Assembly: GCA_964106915.2 (NCBI GenBank)
Contig: OZ066915.1
DNA from: Podarcis gaigeae
Lineage: Eukaryota
Reading direction: 5' to 3' (one strand)
Length of the DNA stretch: 64,000 bases
The position numbers and the translations under genes were made by a program. Below the pieces are notes generated by a model. The model saw only the letters and a program-made list of their open reading frames with translations. It searched no databases and was not told the DNA's origin. Below, one piece after another: positions 21,891 through 34,300 of this stretch (positions are counted from its first letter, which is position 1; each line of letters begins with the position of its first letter).

Positions 21891-24800
21891 CAGCACTTCA
21901 GGCAGCTGAGAAACTGGCAAGGGTCACAATCAGGGAGGAGGCACAAACCTCTTGTATTTCCTCCGCAACGTTACAAGTTACGCATTTATAAACACGTTAT
22001 TTGAGGGCTCTTAACTGCGCCTAGATGTTGTAACGTGGATGCAGCGCCACACACACAAATCTTGCTCACTGTGAAATTCCCAGACATGTAGCAAAACCTT
22101 TTACGTTCTTTAGGAATTATTGCTTGGACCGACAATATCTGATTGCAATTGCCCAGAGGTTTGACTGCAAGACAATCTCTCCCCACAAATGCTAGGAGTT
22201 GCTTTCTTACTCACAATACGTCAAAGACTTGGGAACAGAGGAAAATTCAATAAATTCACTGAGAGTTCCCCTTGTTCACCTTCCCATCCTCTCCAGATGT
22301 CCACAGGCCCTGAACAAATATGTTTGATATGGTCCTTCATTCTTTGAAAGTATCTAAGCCTAGACCAGGTCATTCTAGTTTCAACCCCTCTCTGGAGCAA
22401 AGTTTGTCATTATTATTATTATTAAAATCTTACTTTTGAAGTGGGGCTAGAAAGCTTATGGGGTTTACCTGTTACATCTGAGTTTAATATTGAAGATTTA
22501 CGAGGTTTAATCTCTGCTTTTTGTGAAGGGTGTGACCCATCCAGTCACTTTCCTCCTTCGCAAGATTTAATTCATTTCGCCCTCTATCCAGTTTTATGGC
22601 CACCCTGGCAGGGCACATTTCCGCACAACTTCCCTTTATCACAAAGATACCCATGCACTACATATGGATGCAGTTACACCCAGGATTCGGTATGAACGAA
22701 CTGCCACCCCAGAAAACTCCCCCCAAAGCTCAGAAATATGGTTTCACCATATTAACGTTTGGAAGGCTAGCTATTAGAACAGCATATGTTTCCTCTCCCT
22801 CTTCAGCTCTATCCTCAGGAGTTTTGGGTTTCTATGTGGAATACTTTTTTAAAAAAAATCTTTTGAAAACATAGTTTTTTTTATTTTTCCACGTACTGCT
22901 GCCAAAGTGCCTTTCAACAAAGAGGATGACTAACCAGAGTCTCCATGAAAGAAGGATTTTTCCAAGGATGGCTGAAGGTGGCAGGACGGTGATATCACCT
23001 TTGGGGATAGGAACCCCCAGACTCACTCCTCACCCCTGCTCCTTCCCCCAAAATAAATAAAAATGACAATTGATTGGTGGGAAGGCAGTGGGAATTGCTA
23101 GGTTCCTACTGGTGATTTGTGAGTCAAAGGGAAGTCCTGTTTGGCTGGTTCTGTTAAGTACCAAATAGGGCCTCAAATGATTTATTATTTATTTTTCGTC
23201 CATTTGCTTAGTGACCCTAATGGACCATAACCAGAGGCCAAGCACCTTGGACCAAGCACTTTGGAAAAAGAAGTCTACAATATTTTACAAATGCATGGAA
23301 GTGAACTAGATCAAAGTGACTGCCTGCCTGAGACGCTGACATTCCATCTGCTGTCTGGGGATGAAGGGGGGGTGGGGGTGCATGTGGGTCCAGGCAGCAG
23401 AGGAGAAGGAGTGGTGTGAACAATGCATAAGAATTAAGAGATTAAACAGCCCAGGAAACTGAAACCATCTCTTGCCTTTCCCAGTCGGTGTGGTGCTGCG
23501 CAAGCACATGGAGGTGCAAGGGAAGTTTATTCCCTTTGGATGCAAACTCGTCTGATCAGAAGGCGATGGTTACCTGGGAGTGTAAAGGTGTCTCCATGCC
23601 CCATTGCTGTTGCTTTACCTTCTCCACATGCCTATTTATGCATTCACCCACATCTCCCTCAAGCCCAGACATCAGACGTGCCCAGTATGAGAAATGAGTA
23701 CAATCTAGGGATGAGCAAATCTCTTCTCCCCCCCCCCAACATCCCCCATTCAATTTCATTATTATGCTGTGGTTTGGCTCTGCCCAGCATTTCATTCTGC
23801 CTGCCTTCCAGTTTAACTTGAAGAATTTCTGGGATTAATTTGGTGCTTGTGCTGTATGCTGCAGTTTTCAGTTTGTATTTCTTCCCCTCGACCCTTTTTT
23901 TACAAGTTAGCAAACGGGCATGAGTGCATATGTACACTGATTAAAACACAGCACAAAACAGAATATTTTTAGATAGTGAGCTTGTATAGTTCCCATTGTA
24001 GTTAAGGCACTCTTAAAATGCAATTGGGACATAATGGTTATGAATAAAATAACAAGATATAAGCAGTTATGGGAGGGAGGGCTTCAGTGAAGATTTTTAG
24101 GAGGAAATTGTTAACATTTTTGCACTTTGAAAGGAAGGAAGCAAATAAGTAGCCACCTCTTTTCATAGCCCATGAAGCAGTGGCTTCAGCACTGGTGTCT
24201 CATGGCAAACCCTGCCTTTTAGTATTCTGTGGCTATGCAATGAGCTACTTACAAACGTTCCAGAATCTCACAGACTCTCCAAGTCTACCAGCTCATTTCC
24301 CCCCTAGCCTTCCTGTTGAAGTTAAGCAAAGTCATTAATTAATTCAACTTAGAGGCAAACCAAAGCAATTTTGGTTTGAGCCAAAATAAAGGTGGTTGAA
24401 ATTAAGTACCCTCTGGCATTATTCAGCTCCAAATATTTGAACAGAATTAAATTTGCTTGTGAATCTTTTTTTTAAAGGTATAAATAATAGTAAGAGACAG
24501 GATTTTTCTTTGTTTTGTATTTTTAAAGACACACTCCCCCTTTTGAGCCAGCAAATTAAAATGATGATAAAAGCTCTATAGAAGCTAGTTGTCCAGATGA
24601 TAGCACCCCAATTTAGCTCACAAGGGAAGTAACCATGTTCAATCTAATTAGGACCTGTTAGGATATTCAGAACTGCTATCATTCCATAAAGTTGAAGAAA
24701 ACAGTCTCCTAATTGGCTTCCTGCTGGGAAGTCCGCGAAAAAGCCTTTATTGTCCCTCTGTGTAACCCACTCTGCACTTTCTTTGCAGCTGGACTGTTTT

Positions 24801-27800
24801 GAACACTGTGCTGCCCTCACCTAAAGGCATGGCTGCAAGAAACTTTCATGCTACTAGTACGTGAATGTTACTTGGCGTATCAGAAGTTTTTCTCACAATC
24901 GTGTGTGCAAGGTCTCACATGCCTGTTTGAATATCATTTGATTTTGAAGCACTCCTATCTGCAATCTGTTCTAAAACTGGGGGGGGGAGGGGGGGCTTGA
25001 AACATTTAAATACCTGCATTTAAATTTTCCTCCTGTCCATAGGTGGGACCCAAAAACTGAGATGCAATGGGGTATGCTGCTTGCAATCTCTAAAGAACGG
25101 ATTCTAGAAGAGCCAAAAGAGCAATTGCACCTGGGCTTAGTTTGTGAGTTGAGAACACAACACCTTACCCTTAGGAATTACTTTAAGTGAACAGGCTCCT
25201 GGCACCTCCCCGCCCCCGTTTTACTCAGTTTCAAAAAGAAACTGAGATGACATTTCTGATTTTATGAAGCATTGCCTTTTACTTTCCTAGGGAGAGTAAG
25301 GTTATGTAACAGCAGAGACAACTTAACAAAACAAAGTAACATCACACCTCAGTGCAAGAGAGGACAGAGAAGGTGGAAAGTACAGAAGTACAAGATGGCT
25401 CTAAGCTAGATCAGAACTGAGTACTGAGGGGAGGCAGGACTGGCATCAGAGATGGGAGTATTTGGGCACCTTCAGGGACACTGCAGTTCCCAGGGTTCTT
25501 GATCATGCTGCTGCTGCTGCTGCTCAGTGCTGTCACTGCCCCTTCACCTGCCCTCTCCGAGTATGCAAGCAGTAACAAGGGGAGGAGATGTAGGAATATC
25601 CAGCCTTGTGCTTTCCTTCTGGGTGGTTTTGTAGGTTGGGTCCAGAGAGGGGGAGAGTATGTGAATGAGCAGTGGAGATGGAAGGAAGGGTGATGTGGGA
25701 TCTCTCAGGGAGTAGGCCTACTGAAGGCATCTCCTCTCCCCCCCTGCTCCAAAAAAAAGAGAAAAGACTAGAGCTGGCATTGAGATGTGTGCTGTGCTGT
25801 GCTAGATATAGCCTCCCAACTCATGTTTGCTCATAGCCATGTGACTCTTCTTTGTAGCCCTGGTTATGAATATTTATTGTGGAAGAAAGGGAGGAGGGGC
25901 TTTCTCATTTAGGCTTCAGAACACATTTGCCTTTTTGTAAAAAGCAAGTTGAAACAACAAGCTTTTGCATTTGACCCTCTCAATGGGGGACTGGCAAAGA
26001 AACTAACAACAGTACTTTTTCACTAAATGTCACATACATGCACAGTCTGCGCACTGTCCTTCCATGGGAAAAGGATGTGATAAATTATTCAGGGTTTATC
26101 TCTGCAAATGCAAGTTGGAATTTTGTTTTGCTGGAGTGGGCAGGTGGCCATGGCCTGGTGAAGTGGGAGGAGATTTTGTGTACAAGGAAAGGGCCGTTTT
26201 GTTACTTGCCTGTTATTTGGTGCAATCTTGCTCCCATGAATTTGCAATAAGCTGCCTAGATACAAAGCAAAATCCCAACACGTCCCCTGAACAGAACAAA
26301 CTGAGTTACTGCCAGAAATTCCCTTGTGGCAAGAAGAAGTTGCAAAGGCATGCTACCTTGAATTTAGTTCAGCATTTGCAATCACATCCAAAGTGTGCCT
26401 TAAGTTTCAAATGAGCAGAATGTGCTCCTGCTGGAAATTCTGATTCAGTGAGGAAACTGGGGGGAGGGGGGAGGCAGAGGAATCTTTTCCAGAGACCTCC
26501 AGCAATCAGCATAGTTCATCATGTGCATACATGACCAATAGGCAGTTTAAAGGCTACATTTTCAAGTTCTGCTAGAATATAAACAGACCATGGCCACGAT
26601 TGGCCTGAGAATGAGATTAGGCTGAGAAAGGGATTGATTTTGTTACCAGTAAAACCAATAGTAAGGGAGCTAGAAGAAACAAGGGTGATATGCATAAGTC
26701 TGAGCAGGACATTCCCAATCTGGGGAGAAAGAAATGCCCCCAAGTGATTCTGCCCCCAAGCATCTGCAGATGCATAAATAGTGTTAATGATAATTATTTT
26801 GAACTTCAGCCTTCTCAGATATGCCCAATAATAGTTAGACTCAAGTTGTATAGATTTTTGTACCACTATTTAAGCAAAGAAGGTGCAGTCAGTAATAATC
26901 TGGATAAATACTCAGAGGTTAACCACTGCCTATTTTTTTCAAGGGCGGGAACTGGTGTCAAAGAATGTTGTATAGAATTCTAACCTAGGCTGCATATGCA
27001 CCATTCATTCAAAGCACACACACCCTTCCCCTCCAAAAAGAATCCTAGGAACGGTAGTTTTTTAAGGGTGTTAGGAACTACAGTTCTTTGAGGGGTAAAT
27101 ACAATTTCCAGGATTCTTAAATCCAGGAATTTAGGGTGTCTAGCACCCACAAACTCTTAACACTGTCAAACACCTCCTGATCACTTCTACAGTGTTCTTA
27201 AACAGTAAGCAAAGTTAAACACACCATACTCTGACGAATAAGTTGGACATACCTCAGGTACAGAATAGCCTATTAGTTCCCATTGATGTCTTTTTAGTTC
27301 CAGTTCTATGGTTTTATGCACAGTTGTACATATTTTAACATGAATGCTCAAATGCAAACTAGTAAGGTTTCTCATCTGTGATTATCTCTGTGTCCTCAGA
27401 TGAAGCAAAGGATAATTGATGGCATATTACGTGATTGCTGACTTTCGCTGGAAACCCATTGACAAATCACATCAGAAAGGAATGCATAATAATAATAGTA
27501 ATAGTAATAGTAATAAACCATCAAGCAGCTTTTTCAAATTGGCAAACAAGGAAGCTTCTCTTCCTTTCCCCACTTTTCCTGCTGCTCTCGCACTTTTGCT
27601 TTTTGCTTTGAACAGAATACACTGCCAAAAATACAAGAGCTGCTGCTTTCTGCTGGGGCCTGCTTCACTCTGGATTGAAGTTCCTAAGTGGAACTGACCA
27701 CAAAGGAGTTCGCATTCCATGCTGATTCAGACAGTCCCTGCTGCCAAACACTTGTGCACTCCCAATTGTTCCTTGGCAGTCATGGCTTTACTAGTCCTGC

Positions 27801-28313
27801 ACCTGATGTCATCTGCTATCATGTGAGTGACAGGTGGGTGCGGCCAGCCAAAGCAGCCATGTTTGGCTGGACTGATGGGCCTAATTTGGCCTACAGCATG
27901 AAGGTCTCTCTTCCTTCCCACACATACACAAAATATTAGATAAAAAACACCAACCAAATTGCCAGTGAGGCATTTACCATCATGTAGTTAGAAAGCCAGT
28001 GAGTGACAAGACTGAGTGGTCATTTGACGCTCTCTGAGCAAAACCAAACTCTCTACCTGCCACACCACTCCCACACCTTCCCAGTATTTATGCCCCTCTG
28101 CTGCACCCTTTGGCAGGGGCTTCCCAGGACTCCAGAAACAAAGTGTCCCAAATCCTGCTTACCACAAATGCAGGCCCAGGCCCATCAATTCTAGAGAGGA
28201 ATCCAATGGCATTTCAGAAAATAAATTGAACTTAAATTGAAATTTCTGACATAAACAGAGGCAGACGCACACTAACTCTAGGGTGCCCTCGGGGAGGAGG
28301 GACGGTAGCTCAC

Positions 28314-28388
28314 CATAGTCCTTCTTGCAATATTTCTTCATGTTGATCTTCAGTTTCCCTTTGGATGCCTTGCAGTATGAATCACAGT
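28314..28388 (-). CDS. NTN1: Netrin-1 coding exon (human exon 6 equivalent), start of the NTR/C345C domain
   Basis: 75 nt, long pyrimidine tract then cctgaag|AC...TAT G|gtgagc. Encodes [25 protein letters not shown](A). Confidence 0.97.
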
Positions 28389-31300
28389 CTTCAGGGGAGC
28401 CGAGGAGGAAGAGACAGAAGAAAACATTAACAAAACAAATTAGTCTTAAAATGAATGAAAGACTTGGGAAAAGAAGGGAGTGTGTATGCGAGGGGAGAAG
28501 CGAACAGTGAAAGCTGTAGCCTGCTATGAATAAGCAGCATGCCTGTGATATCCATCTGCCAGGACCTGATTGGGTCATCTAATGGGGGCATTCATTGAAA
28601 ACCTTCCTTTCTAAAGAAAGTAACTCACAAAAGAAGCTATCCTCCTCTCCCTTTCCCTCCCCTCCTATCCCCGCCTGACAAATTCTTTAAGCTGTCCTCT
28701 GCAGGCTGCCGCAACTTGGTTGCCTCCATGGGAGACCCCAGGGCCTCGCTTATTGTGCCACCCAGATCTTTAGAGAGCCACAGCCCCCCCCCCCAGTTCT
28801 TAAACTGCAAACTGGAGTCTGATTAAAGCCCACAGAGGCCTCTTTGTCACCCCCTAACCCAGACCTGTGTCAGGCTTTGGCATTCATTGCAAAGGGATTC
28901 TGGCTGGGGTCACTCCTCAACAAAAGGGGTCAGGGAGGAAATTAGCAGCCTATGAAGCATTAGCAAAGCCTTTGGCGTCCACTCTACTGGAGTGTGCAAA
29001 TAAAATGCCCCAGTGGGACTGCTTCATTTCTATGGGCCTTACTGCTGTGATACGATGGATTTACTCCTCCTGAACATCATCCTGTGTTCCAGTGCCACTA
29101 ATGTAATGCTGTGCTGAGTTTTTGCACTGCCTCCATTCTGCTTTGGCTGTGCTAGAACTATTTTCATGCCACTTTTGAGCACTGGGAGTGCAGCTTGACC
29201 CTGAGCATGAAAAACTGTTATTTGCTGTGGCATTTCTCTCTCTCTCCAGTCTCTGGCAAGGCTGGGCTGCACATAGCTCAACCTGCACTATGTTTCCCAG
29301 GTATGCCAGAGTGTAGTGTTTCTACAGCAGTGTTCCTGCTTATCCAATTTATGCACAGATGGGTCAGGAATTATACTTTGCTGTTAGGAAAACATATGAT
29401 GATGGGCAACTTGCTTTTCTGCAGTGATTGATAAATATTATGGTTCATTATGTGTTCATGTCCTGCTCTTTCTTTAGAATGCTCAAATCAGCTAACATAG
29501 GTCTCCTACCTATGGCTGATCATATTCACCTCTTGCTTGTCTGCAAGCAGTATGCTCAAGAACGAGAGGCCCTATGACCATATAGGGGACTATACAATGG
29601 AAATGAGCAACCACAGCCATATTATTTACTGATATCCCTCCTTCCTAGCCAGAACAGCATCCTTTAAGGTTATAAATCCATATAGTATAATTACCTACCT
29701 GATTGTGTTGCAAACAGGATGTACAGATAAAGGTAATAAAAAATACTTAGAAATTTTCATATTTATACTCATGAGCAATGGAGGAAGGGAAAAGTCCAGC
29801 CCCACCACATTCACACCTACAACCTCCCTCTGCCCTTCTTTTCCACCACTGCCTAATGCAGAGCTTTGCCTACTGATTAAAATATAGTTCAGTACAAATA
29901 CAGTTCAACAGGTCTAATTATTGCCTAAGATAAGAGTGTATCTTTCCCTTGTGGAAAGACATTGGCCACATCAGGATTAGAAGGACCAGAAATGGAGAAG
30001 GAAGGCAGCCCCATACGAACAGTTAAAGCAATCTGTCCATTGCTATAAAGCAAACATCATGAAGGGTTGGGTGCTTCTTTCAGCCTGACTAACGCTCCTT
30101 GTTGTTCCTGGTCCATCTTTGACAATACAGTGAATTGTTCTGGGCCCATCTCACACTAATATATTTGTCCTTGAACTATTTACTATGGAATAGTTCTGTG
30201 GATCTACTGACAATATATTCTTTAAAAAGACTCATCTCACCTAACCTCAGTTAACCACTAGCAAAGGCTAGTTACATTCAGTTACATTAAATGGGGGTCT
30301 TGCCATTGTCTTCTGTAAGAGTAGAGCTGCATTATTATAGTCATTTTCCAAGTCCTGGAGGAAAAGTTGAATTCTCTATCCCAAGTCAATGAGCAAAAGC
30401 TTGAATGTGTGTTACCAGGTTGGCTAGAACCCCCTCCACTGTGTTGAACACTGTTCTGACTGCTTCCAATTACTGATCCATCAACAGAAGCTGAGAGCAT
30501 GCTTGCAAGCAGCAACAAAGAAAAGTAAGACAGACATTTTCAACCAAGAGATGATAAAAGCAATTTTGGGTCAGTTTGGGGTTGAAACAAGGTACTTGTA
30601 TAATATATCACTATGTATAATTGACTAATAAGTCAAGCTTTCGTTTAAGTTCTAAATGGAATTGTGGTTCAAATTCATGTTTCCTTTTCGTTTACTTCTA
30701 CCTTTCCCCAATACCCAAGAATATGCACTTTCTGAAGGAAAATTTGTTTCTTATTTTTTCTGTGTTTTTCCCTCTGCATGCCATTTCCTTTGTTGTGACA
30801 ATAAAAGCACATTGTCTCAATTGAGTTGATAAATCACTAATATTTCTGGCTGATCCCCTAGGAACCAAGGCAAGGCTCAGAGTGTTGCATACAATCCTGA
30901 GGTAGTGAGTGATCTCCCAGGCTTTAGGCCTTGGACTGCTGCTTGAGAAAATGAAGTGTACACTGGCAATACCCCAACGGAACCTTACTTCTGCATGGAA
31001 CTTCTGGCGTTATTGCTTCTAACTGTTTAGCATCACTGGTCTCAAGCTGAGCAATACTCTTCCAACAGAGATTCAGGATACACCCTTGCTTTTGACTTTC
31101 AGGCATCTCTTGAAGACTTGTTTAAGATTTCACTGATGGCAATTTCACTTGCCATCTCGATGTAACCCTTGAGAAGGGTGGAAGAGTACAACTCCAAATA
31201 CTTTTCACTAGTATTCCTGCTTTCCTCATCTTGCCTCAAACTACACGTAGCCCCTTCACAATTGACACAGAAACTATCTAGCAACAACAGAGTGCATTTA

Positions 31301-34300
31301 GGTTATCTATTAAGGACAGTGTTGCTAACCTTTATGGCAATGTATGTCCACGAAACTGTCTGCAACAGCAGTTAATATCAGCCAAAAATGTATAAATAAT
31401 CACAGGAAAATTGAAAAGTGAATTATTCACTTGTTGCACTTTCAACTTCTGACTCTGAGCACAGCTCAGCATTTATGCACAGAACCAAAACAGGACCACA
31501 GATGTGCTGTAGTAGATGATGCTTCTACCCCCCATTTCCTTCACTGTAACACAAGGCATGTACAGCATATTCACTCTCCTGCATCTTGATTCTCTCTCTG
31601 TTTGGACCAAGCACTCTTCTGGGGGTTGGGGGATGTGAGAGAAGCTTTGTGGAGTGTGTCTACTGCCCTGACCAAGGCCAAAGTACCAGGGCTCAGCAAG
31701 TGGAAGTCCACTTGTGCAGTTTGTAAGGAAAGCAAGGCTCTCCAGGAGCTGGGGTACCACAGGGGAACACAACACACATAAACCTCCCAAGATTGGAGAA
31801 AATGTTAGTCTTATTTAAACAAACAAACAAACAACCTTGGCAAGCTGCAACCTCAAACCCAGCAATCTCATGCCCAGTCAAAACAAAACAGATTTGGGAA
31901 ATGGTACGTTTAATATATATATAATTTTAAAATCCTTAAAGCAGGATAAAAAGGTGTGGCGGCTGTTTTGTCTCATTTGCAGCTTCAGAACATGGCATTT
32001 CCCCCCCCCCCCTTTCCTATCTGTTAGCTTAGTTATTTTCCGAACGATTCCTTCACAAATCAGTGCACTCACCTTTTTTAGTGCTTGTATTTGCACAGTG
32101 TGGACAGCATTAAAAACCCATCGTTGGGGTTTCCATGTGCTGGGCAGCAACTGACACACAGCCTTGCCTGAAAAACCTCCCTGCCCTGATCCTTCTATGA
32201 TCTACTAATCCTTGAACAAGGAATTCCCAGCATGCTGCTGTCTGTGCTCACAGGATGGTGTTCGCGTGGAGATGGAGATCATAGGATAATCAGAATGCCT
32301 GGCACTAAAACCGCACAGCACTAAACACTTCTTGAGCAACGGTGCTAGAGCTATTTGGAGCCTATGACAAAGTGCACTTCTTGTGTCAGCTGGGATGCAT
32401 CATCCCAGATGGAATGCCAGATGCTTGAGAGACAAAGTGGACATGTTTGCAGTACATGATATTCTGGTTGTATTTTGTGGGAGATTGGTTCATATTGTTC
32501 ACAGCACATCTTTTTTATTCCTTCTTCTGCTTCATGTTTTATTTCCCTATGTATGCACATTTCTTGGGGTTCATTCTCAGGGCTGCTCACCAGTTTCCCA
32601 CTCAGAATGGTCATCATCAATATCATCATCTTGATTTCAGCACTGTTGCACTTGTGTCTGATTCAGGAACAGAACGTATCTCACAGAGAGACAAACTGGG
32701 ATGGGGAGAACACAGCGGCATGATGTCTCCGGGTCGTGTGGCAGCTATTATGGCTTTCCCATTATGAGCTCCAACATAAAATTTGTCATACAGTTTTAAG
32801 CAGGATAACATGCTTAGGTGAGACAAAACACTACAGATAATCTCCAAGTCACATGAAAGTTACCTGTGAAGCAGATTTCAGAGCTGATCTTTTGGAGGAG
32901 TTGGCTCTGTTTCTACAGCTGGATGAATCAAACACCCTAAATAAGAATATTGCTTCAACATTTTCCATGCCTGCAAAATTCCTTGTTCTCTTGTGCTACT
33001 ACGTCACACCCAGTGTGTAGGAGCAGGCAGCACCTGTCTCCTGAGAAGATCGAACAACTAAAGATGACAAGAAAACTACCAGTGGGTACCATGAGCACAC
33101 TTCATTAAAGAGGGATCAATGCATTTGCTTGGGTAGCTACTAAGCTCTATACAGTACAACACATAGCAAAAATATGGGCCAACGAGTCAACAGATAGCGT
33201 AATTACAAGTTAATCCAGTCTCTGTGGAACTGCATGCTCCAGCTGCTTTGAGTTCCAGCTGCAAAGCCAGGTCTCCAAACCCCTTTATAAGAAGCTGCTT
33301 GACCCCAAATCCTGCCGCAGGCCACAATTTCAGCATGAGGTATAGAATGTAAGAGAAAGAGAAGGAGAAATGGTGTCATTGAACAATGGGCCAGAACTGT
33401 AATAAAATTCTGCTCTGAGGAGCAGGAAAAGAACTAGTAAAATTACCCATTCTCCATAGCTGATCACATTGAAGTGTTAAAAAGGAATGACACACGAGGG
33501 TTGACTTTAGGTTTCCACTAAATCCCAAAACAAATTCCAGTATGGAGAATAGCCATTTCCAGATAAACCATCTGAACATTTTCAGACGTTTCTCCAAAAC
33601 ACAAATATGAGCCACATGGCCCTCCATAATCATGCAGCCAGTGCTGGAGAGAAAGGGTGCAATGAGAAGTCAAAAGTTAAAGCAGGAAACACCTCACAGG
33701 TAGGTTACCTGGGGTATTGCTTTTGGTAACCTTGTTCTTTTACTAACAGAATATCTGGCACCATTTCCATCTCCCATGTTAAAATACAATTCAGATAAAG
33801 TAGGCCAATCAGTTAGTGATGGTTCCTTACTCTTGCTACAAGAACTCAGTGATACGCAGGTCCCATCCCATCCTACAATTCTATGATTTTATGTTCAGGC
33901 TCAATCTGTCCTTGGAGTGAGTTTATTGGTTTTAATATCTTCAAGATCAACTTCAGAGCAGCAAATGGTTCCATGGGTGACAGTAAAAATGCTTTTGCAG
34001 AGCCAGTGTCTGCTTTCTCTGCCAAGTAGCTACAATTTCCTCCAAATGTTTTGCTGCTTCAAGCCTTTCATTGATTGAGCCTGCCTTTATCTTTGCAACC
34101 TTAAGGTGACGGGTCACTGAGGGGCTGGGGGCTGGAGATGCTGTTCCCATTGCAGAAAATGGCATGCAGTGGTTCTGCCTTGGTACCATAATTCAGCACA
34201 AAGCCTGGGTGGATCTATCAGACAGAACACTAAACTCAGTTTTATTTGTTCCTTTGACTCTGATATTATTTTATTATACCTCTCTTTAAATTTTAAAAAA

